In this document: positions 27,637 to 40,004 of the stretch, in pieces
How the letters are laid out: each line of letters starts with the position of its first letter
How positions within the stretch are numbered: the first letter of the stretch is position 1
Assembly: GCA_951406725.2 (NCBI GenBank)
Contig: OX597819.1
Span: forward strand, 48,298,001-48,362,000
Source: Octopus vulgaris
Taxonomy: Eukaryota
Direction: 5' to 3'
DNA: 64,000 nt
The notes under the pieces: model-generated
What the model was told of the DNA's origin: nothing
Seen by the model: only the letters and a program-made list of their open reading frames with translations
The model's database searches: none
Position numbers and translations under genes: made by a program

Positions 27637-30600
27637 ATAATAATAATAATGAAATTATTGTATACAGTGCTCAGGTGCACCACAACTTGTCAGAAAGTGC
27701 ATATAAAGTACATGCAGTAATGTAGAAATGTCTGGAAAGTGAACATGCTTGTGTGTGTATGGAGGGGAGAAAATCAAGTATAGTGTTGGCGAATCTCAGG
27801 AAGCATGGAAATCTTGAAGGATGCAGTGCTCCGACAACTAACAACCGACGCCGGCAGTTTGTTCCACGCTTCAGCAACTCTCAGCGTGAAAAAATGTTTC
27901 CTGAAGTCATGGGAGCTGTGCTGTTTTCTTACTTTGTAAATATGTCCACGGGTGTTAGATGGGTGGAGTTTGAAGAGGTGCTCAGTGTTATTGTTTGTGC
28001 GATGGTTGATAATTTTATGGGTGTCTGCCAGGTCAGCTGCCAGACGTCGGAGTTTCAATGTGTCCATGCCCAGGGAAGTAAGGCGTTCAGGATATGGCAA
28101 ATGCCTGATGGAGGGTATTCTTTTGGTTGCACGTCGCTGAACAGCTTCCAGACGATTGATGTCCTGGGCAAGATAGGGGTTCCAGACTGGTGATGCAAAT
28201 TCCAGGTGAGGTCTTACCATAGCTATATAAAGCCGCAGATAGATAGCCGGAGAGCGGCTCACAAAGGATTTGGTGAGTGATGCCAAGACACCCTCAGCCC
28301 TCTTAACAATTTTGGCGATGTGTTTTGTCCAACGCAAATCACTGTCGACAATAACACCCAGATCACGTTCACTTGAAGACTTTTTGAGACGTGTTGTGGA
28401 GGGAGTAGGTGGACGCTGGGTTTCTCCTCCCAAAATGCATGGTGGTACATTTGTCCACAGCCAGCTTGAGTTGCCAGTCCATGATCCACTGCTGCATTGT
28501 GTCCAGGTCTGCTTGCAATAGAGATCCATAGTGTATAGGATTTGACCTCTTTATTTCGAGGTACAGCTTGATGTCATCTGCATATTTCAGCACTGTGACA
28601 TTCTTTAAGTTGGCATCTATGTCATTAACATATGCAACAAATAAAAGGGGGCCAAGAACAGATCCCTGCGGCACACCAGATGTCATCTCATAGGGCGAAG
28701 AGTGCTGTCCTAGAACTGTGACAACCTCTTTTCGGCCGAAAATAAAGGACTTTAACCAGTCATAGAGTTCGTCTCTTACACCCAACGCAGAAAGCTTCAC
28801 CATAAGTCTTTTGTGTGGCACAGAGTTAAAAGCCTTAGCAAAGTCCAGGTAAACAACATCCACCCAAGATCCGCGATCAGTGATTTGGGTAACATCCTCA
28901 AGAAACTCGATGAGTTGATTACAGCAGCTGGAGTTAGGAATAAATCCGAATAGTGACGGCTGGATGAGGCTGTGAGACTTCCAGAAGGTTTCTCTGATAC
29001 AGGATTCCATCAGTTTGGCGATGCAGCTGGTAAGACTGACGGGCGATAGTTGACAGGCGATGTGCGGTCGCCTTTTTTGAACAGAGGGATGACACTGGCA
29101 GTTTTCCACTGTTCTGGAGTAACACCATTGTCAAGACAGAATTGGAAGAATAGAGAAAGTTGGCTTAGAAGAAAGTACCCACCGTGTTTGAGAAGTAGGT
29201 ATGTAACACCATCGAGACCAGGAGAGGCATAATTGCGTTTATTCTTTAGGTGGCGTTGCAGCATTGCTGGTGTAAATTGCATAGAAGATATAGAGTCCGA
29301 TGTCAGTGGTGATGATGATGGAACATTTTGGTCTTCGACAGTAAAGATACCGGCATAGCATCCAGCAATGATTTCTGCACATTCTTCGGGATTGCCAGTA
29401 ATCTGTCCTGTGTGGGGATTGCGAAGGGGACCAACAGGAGAGTGGGGTCTCTGCTTTGAGTGCACATGCTTCCAGAACCCTTTGCTGTCAGGGTTAGCTG
29501 CAATGCGTTGTTCGAATTCAAGCACTGCCTTTTTTGTCACCTGCTTGAGGTGGTTGGCTGACCTATTGCGCTTTTTCCTGTTGCTCTCTGATTTGTGCAA
29601 TTTGTATTCCCATTCAGCATTACGGCGTTCTTTCCTGGCAAGTCGGACTGCTGCAGTCTCCCAAATTGCACTATTGGGTGGTTTTTTGTGCTTGTGTGGT
29701 ACTGATGCTGCACATATTGAATTCAGAATGTTCTGGAGTATAGTGTCCACATCTCCAGAGGTATAAAATTCGCGCCAGTTCGGGCGTTGCAGCTCAGTAC
29801 AATAAGAGCTCCAGTTTGCTTTATTCCAGTCAAAGCGGGCAATCTGAAGATGGTTGTGTTTTTTGTTACAACCAATCAGAGACAAGTCGGCCATGATCAG
29901 AGTCACCCAAAGGTTCTTCGGTAGTGACACTAATGATTGTTTCAGGAGAAGCGGTAAGTAGCAGATCCAAAGTGTTGTTACCCCTTGTGGGGGAGGTAAC
30001 AACTTGGGACCAATTCGAATTCAGCACCAGTTCAAGGAAATCGTCTGCACTTTGCGGCCAACGGAAGGCCTCCCAGTCAATCTCAGGGAAATTGAAGTCC
30101 CCCGCAACATACACGTGGCTGTTTTCATGGCAGCCGCCCTGAGGATATCAAAAAGCTGTGCGTCTTGCCGATAATTTGGAGGACAGTAAACGACTCCGAG
30201 CAGAAGTGTTGACATGGTCATGTGTACATTGCAGAAAAATACCTCCTACTGAGATTGGTTCAAATCATCACAGGGGATTGCCGATAGACTTGATCAAACA
30301 TAAATCATCACACCCCCTCCATGGCGATTAATGCGGTCTTTGCGGAACAGGTTGTAGCCGGCTATGCTGAAAACTCCATCACAGAGTGCGCCCACGTTTC
30401 CGTGACTGTGATGAAATCTGGGTTGATACTTTTGACGTAGGAGACAAAAAGATGCACCTTGTTACATAAACTACGGGCATTCAAGGACAGCAGTTTATAT
30501 CTGGATTTCAGATGATGATATACAGGGGATGGCTGATTGTTCTTGGTTAGTTTCCCAAGATTTTTGCATTGCCAGTTGTTGTGGGTGTAGTCTGCTCAGT

Positions 30601-30987
30601 CCAACTGGCATCCCTTATCCACGACTCACCAGACTTGACGAATTTCCAGATCTGCCCATCATCGCAGAGGCTAAACTCTCCCGTGGCACAGAGTTGCGAT
30701 TTAGGGAAGCCACGGATCTTATCTTTGGGTGTACATCGGGTGGTAGGCCAGGACGTGTTCTAAAGTTGATAATGTTGTCACGCCAAGCTCTGTCAGCAGC
30801 CAGATGGAATGTCCACGCCTCAGTAGAGCCCGTAAACAACAGCCTGGGTTTGGATCCCGGTCGGCCAAGTCGGGAAGCACTTTTTGGAGGGACACAGCTG
30901 AGATCCCTAGCTGTGTTTCCAATGAATGCCTGCAGATCTGCCGGCACTCCTTCAGTCAACCCATGAACTTTACAGCCCATCCTCATA
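27637..30987 (-). mobile_element. Decayed CR1-like LINE (APE endonuclease plus reverse transcriptase, frameshifted), 5'-truncated
   Basis: VAGDFN and TRGNNTLDL (endonuclease); YLDFAKAF, GVPQGSVLGPLL, KYADD (RT); TRGH..FFTLRV..WNKLP C-terminus; (ATT)n tail; ORF2 split over several frames. Confidence 0.95.
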
Positions 30988-32639
30988 TAAATGACAATCC
31001 TGTATGTATGGTGTGAATTTCATGTTTTAAAATTATCTATATTAATCTTCTATCAAAATATTTTTACCAAATTCATGATTTCCAAAATGAATTGAAACAG
31101 TGTATTTCAAGTGAGGGTCAAGCTGACCAACAGTTAAAGCCAAAGTAGATTTTTTTGTGACAATATATCAAATTTTTTTCATTCAAGCCAAAAGTGAAAT
31201 TTTCTTATAGTATATTTTATCACATTTGATACTCCATAGCATTAATGGATGTTTTCAACAAGTTTAACCTACATTTCTGACAGGATTTTCTGTGCAACTT
31301 GTACAGAACAAATATCATACAAGATATTTTTTCTTCAAATATCATCTAGACAGTTTCCAGCAAAACATACAAGCATACATATATACATGCATACAACAGG
31401 CCTACCAAATCCTAATCACAAGGTATTTATTGTTCAACCCCTAAGGCTGTGAAACAAAGCACCAGACAGAACCAAAGGGATGTAGAAGAAACTTCATAAT
31501 CATGCCATACTTGGCTCTACACTTATTGAGTCAATTACAAGCTTACCAGATGACTACTGTCAGATGAAATTTTTACTCCTCCTTCATGTCTGTTTTTTCA
31601 TGCCAGCATGTATTGAACAGGAAGTGATTGAAGCATGCTGCCCTTCCTTCCAAACTTAAACCTGATTTTCTGGTAAGAGATAATCATATTCCATAGGTCT
31701 TCAGAAGCATAGATTTTTCAGTCATGAAATCAATACCAGAACTGCTTTGCTCAAATAGTAAGACAAAATATCAACATTTCTATATTTAAGAGATGAGGAA
31801 TTATGTACATTTGGTAGATATTTGTCCTCATCTTCTTTGCTGTTAACACACGGCATATGGTGTAGTAGTTAAAAGCGCGGGCTAACCCCAAGATTCTGAA
31901 TTCTATTCTAAGCAGTGACCTGAACAATAACAATAATAATATCGAAAAATAACTTGGGAATGGGAACCCAAGTTCGAAATTTCCCCAAGACACCTGAAAA
32001 AGGCTGAAGGATATATCAGGACAAACTTACAAGCCCACCAGTCGTTTTTCATACTTTTCTTCTAAGTGTACAAACCCGAAATTACTTCAACTTTGAACTA
32101 CAAATGTTTAAACAGAATATCAACCACATCAATCTGGGAAGGTCTACAAAGGCCATGAAGCCGATTCTCTTGTAATACTAATACAATATGAAGGATTCTG
32201 TAACATCAGACACAGTTGTCGTATACATAGAAACCAGAGTTTTAAACTTTTATGTTGACATGGGTTAGAAAGAATTCGAGGTAGGTCTTCTATAGTCAGA
32301 TTGCCATCCTTGACAGCAAATCGCACCTGTCTTTAAAGTAGTATTTCCCCATCGCCAGACCTGTTTATTACAGACGATCAGAAAGGAACATCACTTAAAT
32401 TGAAGTGTTAGACATGGACAACTGTCATGTGACATCAAGACAAGGAGCCTCCACCACCCACTCACAGGTTTCTTAACAACACAACAATTCATATGGCTTT
32501 CAGATAAGAAACTACAATGTCACAAAAATATCTAGTTCACTTGTATCTCCACTATCACTGCAGTTTGTTAGATTTCGTAAGAAGAAAAAAAGAAGAAAAA
32601 CACCAGAAGTATTCATAGCAACTTATTACATATATAACT

Positions 32640-32744
32640 TTATTGCTTTACAACTGTCTTGGGCTTCGATTTGAGTTTGAGTTTTCTATCAACCTTCTGC
32701 TTCTTTTTAAGCTTTTTAAATTCTTGAGTAACAATTCTATTTCT
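32640..32744 (-). CDS. RPL14: 60S ribosomal protein L14 (eL14), coding exon 5 (RNRIVTQEFKKLKKKQKVDRKLKLKSKPKTVVKQ*)
   Basis: Pyrimidine tract plus CAG acceptor; RNRI motif and basic tail; TAA at 32642-32640. Confidence 0.93.
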   Translation of the reverse strand, partial: RNRIVTQEFKKLKKKQKVDRKLKLKSKPKTVVKQ

Positions 32745-32915
32745 CTGAAAAAAGAAAAAAATTTTTTCCATTAATTAAATGGAATAAATTTGACAAATAT
32801 TAAAATACATAGTATTTATTCTAAAAAAGCAAAACAGTGAAATATGAGAAATTTGAAGCACTAACATTTGGCCCATGGCCCTTAGAGAAAGAAATGTATA
32901 AAATAATTATCTTAC

Positions 32916-32969
32916 CGCCTGCTTAGCCCGCATCAGCTTGAATCGGTCAAAATCTGTCATCATTGCTCG
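32916..32969 (-). CDS. RPL14: RPL14 coding exon 4 (RAMMTDFDRFKLMRAKQA)
   Basis: TTTGTAG| and |GTAAGA; TDFDRFK is the eL14 signature. Confidence 0.96.
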
Positions 32970-33080
32970 CTACAAAGAGAAAAAAAAAAGGACATGACCT
33001 TACACTTCACTTCTTCATATGAAAATTACCAGATTTCTAAATGACTTAATAACCATGTATCATATATAACTAATGATTAA

Positions 33081-33298
33081 CCCTTTCGTTACCAACCCAG
33101 CTGAAACCAGCTCTGGCTCTGTAGTACAAATGTCTTGTTACCTAAATTTAGAATTAAAATCTTCCACCAAAACCTTAGTCACAATTTATGTTCCTAACAC
33201 TAGCTTAATAACAACTAAGTTATTTTGCTAAATTCTTTCTTATATTTAAAATTGAAAGAAACACAGAGCATCTCAAAATATATACAGTAATGAAAGGG
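33081..33298. mobile_element. piggyBac-like MITE
   Basis: TTAA|CCCTTTCGTTAC ... GTAATGAAAGGG|TTAA. Confidence 0.85.
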
Positions 33299-33616
33299 TT
33301 AAAGAAAAATTAAAACACTGGCCAATTTGAAAGATAGAAGACTAAATGCATCCTAGCAAAAACTGTTTATAGAGAGAGGGATAAAAACCAATGTTACATC
33401 AACATGATTTTCAAAAAGCCTCATATCCAAATGCTGATTGACATCACTGAGGATCATTTCTGAAAAAATGCACAATTTCAAGACAGTATCTGTTTTGCGC
33501 CACCCTTATTTGTAGACACAAACCCCATATAAAGGAGCCGGAATTTCAAAACCTGTAATTTCAAGATTATCAGTATTTCACACTCCATTAAAGATATTTC
33601 AAATGAATATGACTTC

Positions 33617-33698
33617 ACTAATTAGATTACTCAGGTTTGAAGATCGTCATCACACTGGTTCAGACGGCACTTCCAAATTTCATCACGTTCTAATTAGT
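33617..33698 (-). ncRNA. SNORD49: Box C/D snoRNA, U49/SNORD49 family, copy B1 (all four boxes consensus)
   Basis: C GTGATGA 33686-33680; guide TGGAAGTGCCGT; D' CTGA 33663-33660; C' GTGATGA 33653-33647; D CTGA 33634-33631; 10-bp stem ACTAATTAGA/TCTAATTAGT; sense to host RPL14. Family from recalled human SNORD49A guide AGGAAGTGCCGTCAGA. Confidence 0.9.
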
Positions 33699-34482
33699 TT
33701 TAAATCATATTACAAAATATTTTTAACAGAATCACTTCCATTTCACTACATATGCCAGCAGTTCTCTGTAAACATTAGGTGCAAAATTACAGACGTTCAT
33801 GTGCTTCATATTTCATGTTCTAAAGTTTAACACTAAATTATTATAAGGAAAGCTTTGATAGTAATTATGAAGCAATGGAGATCAAGAAAGGATGGAATGT
33901 AATACTTATAGTGCAAGAGTATTGAAGTATTAATTAGAAATGAAGGAAATACAAACTGATACAAGGGAAGAACCAAGAACATTGTCCTTTCCAATGCTGA
34001 AAATGCCCAAATTAAAATTTGAAAATTTTTGAAAATTCAACTAGGAAGGGGAGAAAATTGTAAAAATGATAGTGTAGAAACTCTAGCAACATTATTTCAT
34101 TCATGAGGTAAGTGTACATACTGGCTTTTTAAATCTTTTTTTTTTTTTGTTAAACATACCATATAGACAAAAGTAATATATTTTTTAACAGAATAACAGG
34201 ATCCATACTTTCATTGACAATGCAAAGTTTTACCCAACAATAATGTGTACCAGATATTACTGAAGTATCATGTCTCAACCTAATATATTTCAATATCAAA
34301 GCTGAACAGATTGGTACCAGCTAAAGCCAAGAACTACAAGGAGGAAACAAATAAAAGTAACTTCATAATAAGTACACCACTTACAAATCTGTGCAATATT
34401 ACTTAGTTACATTTTCGTTGTCAACAACAGTAATCAAGTCAAAGCTATAAAAATAAAAACAAAATACCAAAATGCTAAGAGT

Positions 34483-34550
34483 ATAGACTCAGATTTGAAA
34501 GCGTCTTCCTGAGAATTCAGACGGCACTTCCATGTCTCATCATGTTCTAA
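34483..34550 (-). ncRNA. SNORD49: Box C/D snoRNA, U49 family, copy B2
   Basis: C ATGATGA 34543-34537, TGGAAGTGCCGT-CTGA, degenerate C' AGGAAGA, D CTGA 34492-34489. Confidence 0.82.
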
Positions 34551-35049
34551 TGAAATTTATTTATGCTACACACATAAATGCAGGGAGCATAATTAATATC
34601 AAATAACCATAAGCCTTTAAGAACTGACCAAATAGCTTTCAAGCAACTGTGAAGTCATGCAAGTAAATGCTAACTACCAATTACAGCACAGTGATTTCGT
34701 CTCATTTTACTTCATCTCTAATGTAATTCCTCATCCTCTACACTGTTCATATGCCTTGCTCATAATCTTTGCCACCCAGATATTTTCCTTCAAACCAAAC
34801 CTTCACTTTTGTACCCTTCATTCCCACCCATATTTAATCACCCTGCTCCTGATCTGCAATCTATATCTATTTGTTGAATTTGCTCTGGAATCCCGATCAC
34901 TACCACCTTACCTTTCCCCTGATATTTAGCTACCTATCAGAAAGAAAAAAACAAATTGATAATGGGCTTGACAAACAATTCTAAAATAGCTAGGTACCAC
35001 CCACCCCACTGGACATATACAGGTAGCAAAATTATTTTCTTTGTATACA

Positions 35050-35129
35050 CCAATTAGACACTCAGAGATGAAGATTTGTCTTCTTATGAATTCAGACGGC
35101 ACTTCCATTTCTCATCACGTTCTAATTGG
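35050..35129 (-). ncRNA. SNORD49: Box C/D snoRNA, U49 family, copy B3
   Basis: C GTGATGA 35118-35112, same guide and D', D CTGA 35065-35062, 9-bp stem CCAATTAGA/TCTAATTGG. Confidence 0.85.
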
Positions 35130-35539
35130 GTTTGTGTGTAATTGATGTAGGCGTGGTTAAATGTCCACAGATTGTTTTGTAACCATGTAGCTGTCTTCCA
35201 ATCCTTTCTAAATATCTTGAAGCTAATACAGGGTTGGGATTATATGTTGATAAACCAAAAATATATGCCCGACACTAGATTTAAATCGCTGCAGAAGGGA
35301 GAAAACTCTAGACTCACTAGTTAATTTAATGAAAGTACATTTGTTAACACTGCAAAATTTTAACTAATTTCTAAAAAAATTGGTTTAAATTACTGTGAAA
35401 TTTAGTCAGTAAATGTAAAAATTACATATTAATTCGCTAAATGACATGAAATACCCACCAAATTATACCTTTCTGACGGTAATTTGTGCCAATTATTATA
35501 CCTTTAAAATTACTTATCAGATATTTCTAGTCTTCAATG

Positions 35540-35627
35540 TCAAAATTAATGATATCAGTAAAAAAAATTGTCTTCCTTATCAATCAGACCACTTCCGTAT
35601 TTTTAACATCATGTTCAATAACTTTGA
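35540..35627 (-). ncRNA. Box C/D snoRNA, U49-related variant, copy A1
   Basis: C ATGATGT 35612-35606, ATACGGAAGTGGT-CTGA, AGGAAGA C', D CTGA 35558-35555, flanking inverted repeat. Confidence 0.72.
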
Positions 35628-36142
35628 AACATTGAAGACACTTTTAAATTACAAGAAATCATAGTTAAGCCATATAACAATGTAAACAAAATTATTTGTA
35701 GGTTTTTACCATAATAACATTCTATGCTAATCAATACATATTATAGCAATGAGAGTGCTATTGCCTTTTTCATTCATTAATTATTGTATGACCATCAGCA
35801 ACTTGCAAGCGCCGGATTGTCAGAAATTTTACCCAACAACCATAATACATAGGCTTTACAATGTGTAGCAGATATTACTGGAGCATCATGTCTCAACTAA
35901 TCTAACATTTCAATATCAAAGCTGAACAGAATGGTACCAACTAAAGTCAGGAACTACACCAAGGAGGAGACCAATAAAACCATCTTCATAATGAGTACCT
36001 CAAACATCCACAAATCTGTGCAATATTATTTATATTTTTGTTGTTATAGCAATAAAAATTAACATTTTTATTTTTTTTAAAACCCACCAAAACACTAAAA
36101 GTAGTTTTTATTTAATCCTCTTCAAGCTATTAACCAAAGATG

Positions 36143-36220
36143 CCCTTATAGACTCAGATTTGAAAGCATCTTCCTGAGGGTTCAGACGGCACTTCCATTT
36201 CTCATCATGTTCTAATTGGG
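36143..36220 (-). ncRNA. SNORD49: Box C/D snoRNA, U49 family, copy B4
   Basis: C ATGATGA 36208-36202, guide plus D', D CTGA 36157-36154. Confidence 0.82.
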
Positions 36221-36725
36221 TTTGTGTTTGTGTATAATTAATTGATGCATGTGTAGCTAACAGATTATGTTTCATAACCATGTAGTTCTGTCTCCTATTC
36301 CATTCTTTTCTAAATATCTGGAAACTAACACAGGGTGGGAGTTATAGGCCAAAAAGGGAATTTCAACGCCTAACACTAGATTTACTGATTACTTGTGTAA
36401 AAATCTGTTGTTTTAATGATAACTATCTTTGTTAACACTTTGCAAAATTGTAACCAAAATTAGTTTAAATTACTGTGAAATTTAGTCAGTAAATGTACAA
36501 GTTACATATTAATTCGCTAAATGGCATAAAACACATCAAATTATACGTTTCTGATGGTGATTATTAGACTAAGAATGTTTCAAATTGACACTTATGTTTC
36601 ATGAAAAAATTTCTTCCTTGCAGATATATCTTTATACAAAATCTTTTTCATTGACATTTCTCCCATTGTTTGTGCCAATTATTATACCCTTAAAATTACT
36701 TATCAGATATTTCTAGTCTTCAGTA

Positions 36726-36813
36726 TCAAAATTAATGATATCAGTAAAAAAAATTGTCTTCCTTATCAATCAGACCACTTCCGTATTTTTAACATCATGT
36801 TCAATAACTTTGA
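36726..36813 (-). ncRNA. Box C/D snoRNA, U49-related variant, copy A2
   Basis: C 36798-36792, D 36744-36741; core as in A1. Confidence 0.72.
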
Positions 36814-37325
36814 AACTTTGAAGACACTTTTAAATTACAAGAAATCAGTTAAGCCATATAACAATATAAACAAAATTATTTGTAGGTTTTTACCATAATA
36901 ACATTCTATGCTAATCAATACATATTATAGCAATGAGAGTGCTATTGCCTTTTTCATTCATTAATTATTGTATGACCATCAGCAACTTTCATGCGCCAGA
37001 TTGTCAGAAATTTTACCCAACAACCATAATACATAGGCTTTACAATGTGTAGCAGATATTACTGGAGCATCATGTCTCAACCAATCTAACATTTCAATAT
37101 CAAAGCTGAACAGAATGGTACCAACTAAAGTCAGGAACTACACCAAGGAGGAGACCAATAAAACCATCTTCATAATGAGTACCTCAAACATCCACAAATC
37201 TGTGCAATATTATTTATATTTTTTTGTTATAGCAATAAAAATTAACATTTTTATTTTTTTTAAAACCCACCAAAACACTAAAAGTAGTTTTTATTTAATC
37301 CTCTTCAAGCTATTAACCAAAGATG

Positions 37326-37403
37326 CCCTTATAGACTCAGATTTGAAAGCATCTTCCTGAGGGTTCAGACGGCACTTCCATTTCTCATCATGTTCTAATT
37401 GGG
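37326..37403 (-). ncRNA. SNORD49: Box C/D snoRNA, U49 family, copy B5
   Basis: C 37391-37385, D 37340-37337; core as in B4. Confidence 0.82.
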
Positions 37404-37946
37404 TTTATGTATAATTAATTGCTGCATGTGTAGCTAACAGATTATGTTTCATAACCATGTAGTTCTGTCTCCTATTCCATTCTTTTCTAAATATCTGGAA
37501 ACTAACACAGGGTGGAAGTTATAGACCAAAAATGGAATTTCAACGCCTAACACTAGATTTACTGATTACTTGTGTAAAAATCTGTTATTTTAATGATAAC
37601 TACCTTTGTTAACACTTTGCAAAATTGTAACCAAAATTAGTTTAAATTACTGTGAAATTTAGTCAGTAAATGTACAAGTTACAAATCAATTCGCTAAATG
37701 GCATAAAACACCCACCAAATTATACGTTTCTGATGGTGATTATTAGACTAAGAATGTTTCAAATTGACACTTATGTCTCATGAAAAAATTTCTTCCTTGT
37801 AGATATACCCACTACTTATCTTTAAAATATTTTTTATAATCATCAATACCTAAGATGCAAAATCTTTTACATTGACATTTCTCCCATTGTTTGTGCCAAT
37901 TATTATACCCTTAAAATTACTTATCAGATATTTCTAGTCTTCAGTA

Positions 37947-38034
37947 TCAAAATTAATGATATCAGTAAAAAAAATTGTCTTCCTTATCAATCAGACCACT
38001 TCCGTATTTTTAACATCATGTTCAATAACTTTGA
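37947..38034 (-). ncRNA. Box C/D snoRNA, U49-related variant, copy A3
   Basis: C 38019-38013, D 37965-37962; core as in A1. Confidence 0.72.
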
Positions 38035-38538
38035 AGACACTTTTAAATTACAAGAAATCATAGTTAAGCCATATAACAATGTAAACAAAATTATTTGTAG
38101 GTTTTTACCATAACATTCTATGCTAATCCATACATATTATAGCAATGAGAGTGCTATTGTCTTTTTCATTCATTAATTATTGTATGACCATCAGCAACTT
38201 GCATGCACCGGACTGTCAGAAATTTTACCCAACAACAATAATACATAGGCTTTACAATGTGTAGCAGATATTACAGGAGCATCATGTCTCAACTAATCTA
38301 ACATTTCAATATCAAAGCTGAACAGAATGGCACCAACTAAAGTCAGGAACTACACCAAGGAGGAGACCAATAAAACCATCTTTATAATGAGTACCTCAAA
38401 CATCCACAAATCTGTGCAATATTATTTATATTTTTTTTGTTATAGCAATAAAAATTAACATTTTTATTTTTTTAAAAACCCACCAAAACACTAAAATTAG
38501 TTTTCATTTAATCCTCTTCAAGCTATTAACCAAAGATG

Positions 38539-38616
38539 CCCTTATAGACTCAGATTTGAAAGCATCTTCCTGAGGGTTCAGACGGCACTTCCATTTCTCA
38601 TCATGTTCTAATTGGG
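38539..38616 (-). ncRNA. SNORD49: Box C/D snoRNA, U49 family, copy B6
   Basis: C 38604-38598, D 38553-38550; core as in B4. Confidence 0.82.
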
Positions 38617-39158
38617 TTTATGTATAATTAATTGCTGCATGTGTAGCTAACAGATTATGTTTCATAACCATGTAGTTTTGTCTCCTATTCCATTCTTTTC
38701 TAAATATCTGGAAACTAACACAGGGTGGGAGTTATAGGCCAAAAATGGAATTTCAACGCCTAACACTAGATTTACTGATTACTTGTGTAAAAATCTGTTG
38801 TTTTAATGATACCTACTTTTGTTAACACTTTGCAAAATTGTAACCAAAATTAGTTTAAATTACTGTGAAATTTAGTCAGTAAATGTACAAGTTACATATT
38901 AATTCGCTAAATGGCATAAAAACCCACCAAATTATACGTTTCTGATGGTGATTATTAGACTAAGAATGTTTCAAATTGACACTTATGTTTCATGAAAAAA
39001 TTTCTTCCTTGCAGATATACCCACTACTTATCTTTAAAATATTTTTTATAATCATCAATACCTAAGATGCAAAATCTTTTTCATTAACATTTCTCCCATT
39101 GTTTGTGCCAATTATTATACCCTTAAAATTACTTATCAGATATTTCTAGTCTTCAGTG

Positions 39159-39247
39159 TCAAAATTAATGATATCAGTAAAAAAAATTGTCTTCCTTATC
39201 AATCAGACCACTTCCGTATTTTTAACATCATGTTCAATAATTTTGAA
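39159..39247 (-). ncRNA. Box C/D snoRNA, U49-related variant, copy A4
   Basis: C 39231-39225, D 39177-39174; core as in A1. Confidence 0.72.
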
Positions 39248-39506
39248 ACAATGAAGACTTAGATTACAGGAAATTATATTTAAGCCAAATAACAATGTAA
39301 ACAAAAATATTTGTAGGTTTTTACTATAATAAAATGTTAAAATAATCCATACATATTAAAGCAATGCGGCTCCTATTGTCTTTCTCTGTCTTCAATTGTT
39401 GAATGCATTTGAATTGTTGTATTAACAACTTAGAAAAATACTGACTTCATTACACACGTGCATTCAGTTTTTGATACTTATTTCCCTATTTATACACGAG
39501 TTTCTA

Positions 39507-40004
39507 CAGTAATGCCTCTATATAAGAGTTACTTTATTCCCAGAGACCATTCATAAAGCAGAGAAATAATTTCCCAGAGTAGCAAAGTTATAAATCGTCG
39601 TTTGTTTCCAAAACAAAATATTTTACCTATAAAATTTATAATACTCATAAATAAATTGCAATAAAACAGTAGAATGTAAAGAATATTCTATGTAAAGGGA
39701 ATAACAAGATCATTCATAAAAAAAAAAAATATATTATAATTATTTTCTGAATAACTTCCAGTCGCATTTAACGCGCACACATGATTGCTGATTCACAAAC
39801 ACTCGTAGATGGACTTGTGGATTTCTTTTTAAAAAATAAGTCTACAGTTGTTTGCTGAGACTTATTTCACTATAAATTTCTCAGTAACACACACAGAAGG
39901 ATTTGTTATGATAGTAGAAACTGTTGCACTTCATTCGAAATTTGAATCTTGTGCTTGAAAAGTAGAACTCGTAAATCAAGTCCTTGTAAAGTGAAGCATT
40001 TTTG
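39507..40004. mobile_element. Old Tigger/pogo-like MITE (degenerate)
   Basis: TA|CAGTAATGCCTC ... GAAGCATTTTTG|TA, imperfect TIRs. Confidence 0.45.

Larger units (their letters stand above)
35090..39330. repeat. Tandem duplication, about 3.5 units of ~1.2 kb, each with one type A and one type B snoRNA
   Basis: Type A D boxes at 35555, 36741, 37962, 39174 (periods 1186, 1221, 1212); type B D boxes at 36154, 37337, 38550; units near-identical with private indels. Confidence 0.95.

Noticed and set aside
27753-31016. + strand ORFs over the LINE
   Set aside because: Antisense shadows of LINE ORF2
35589-35598. ETS/GABP motif CACTTCCG in type A copies
   Set aside because: It sits exactly in the guide position between C and D' boxes; snoRNA is the simpler explanation
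35820-36030. Third ncRNA in each 1.2-kb unit (also 34225-34400)
   Set aside because: Box-like motifs (ATGAAGA, CTGA) are not kept in the diverged 34.3-kb copy; similarity is explained by duplication
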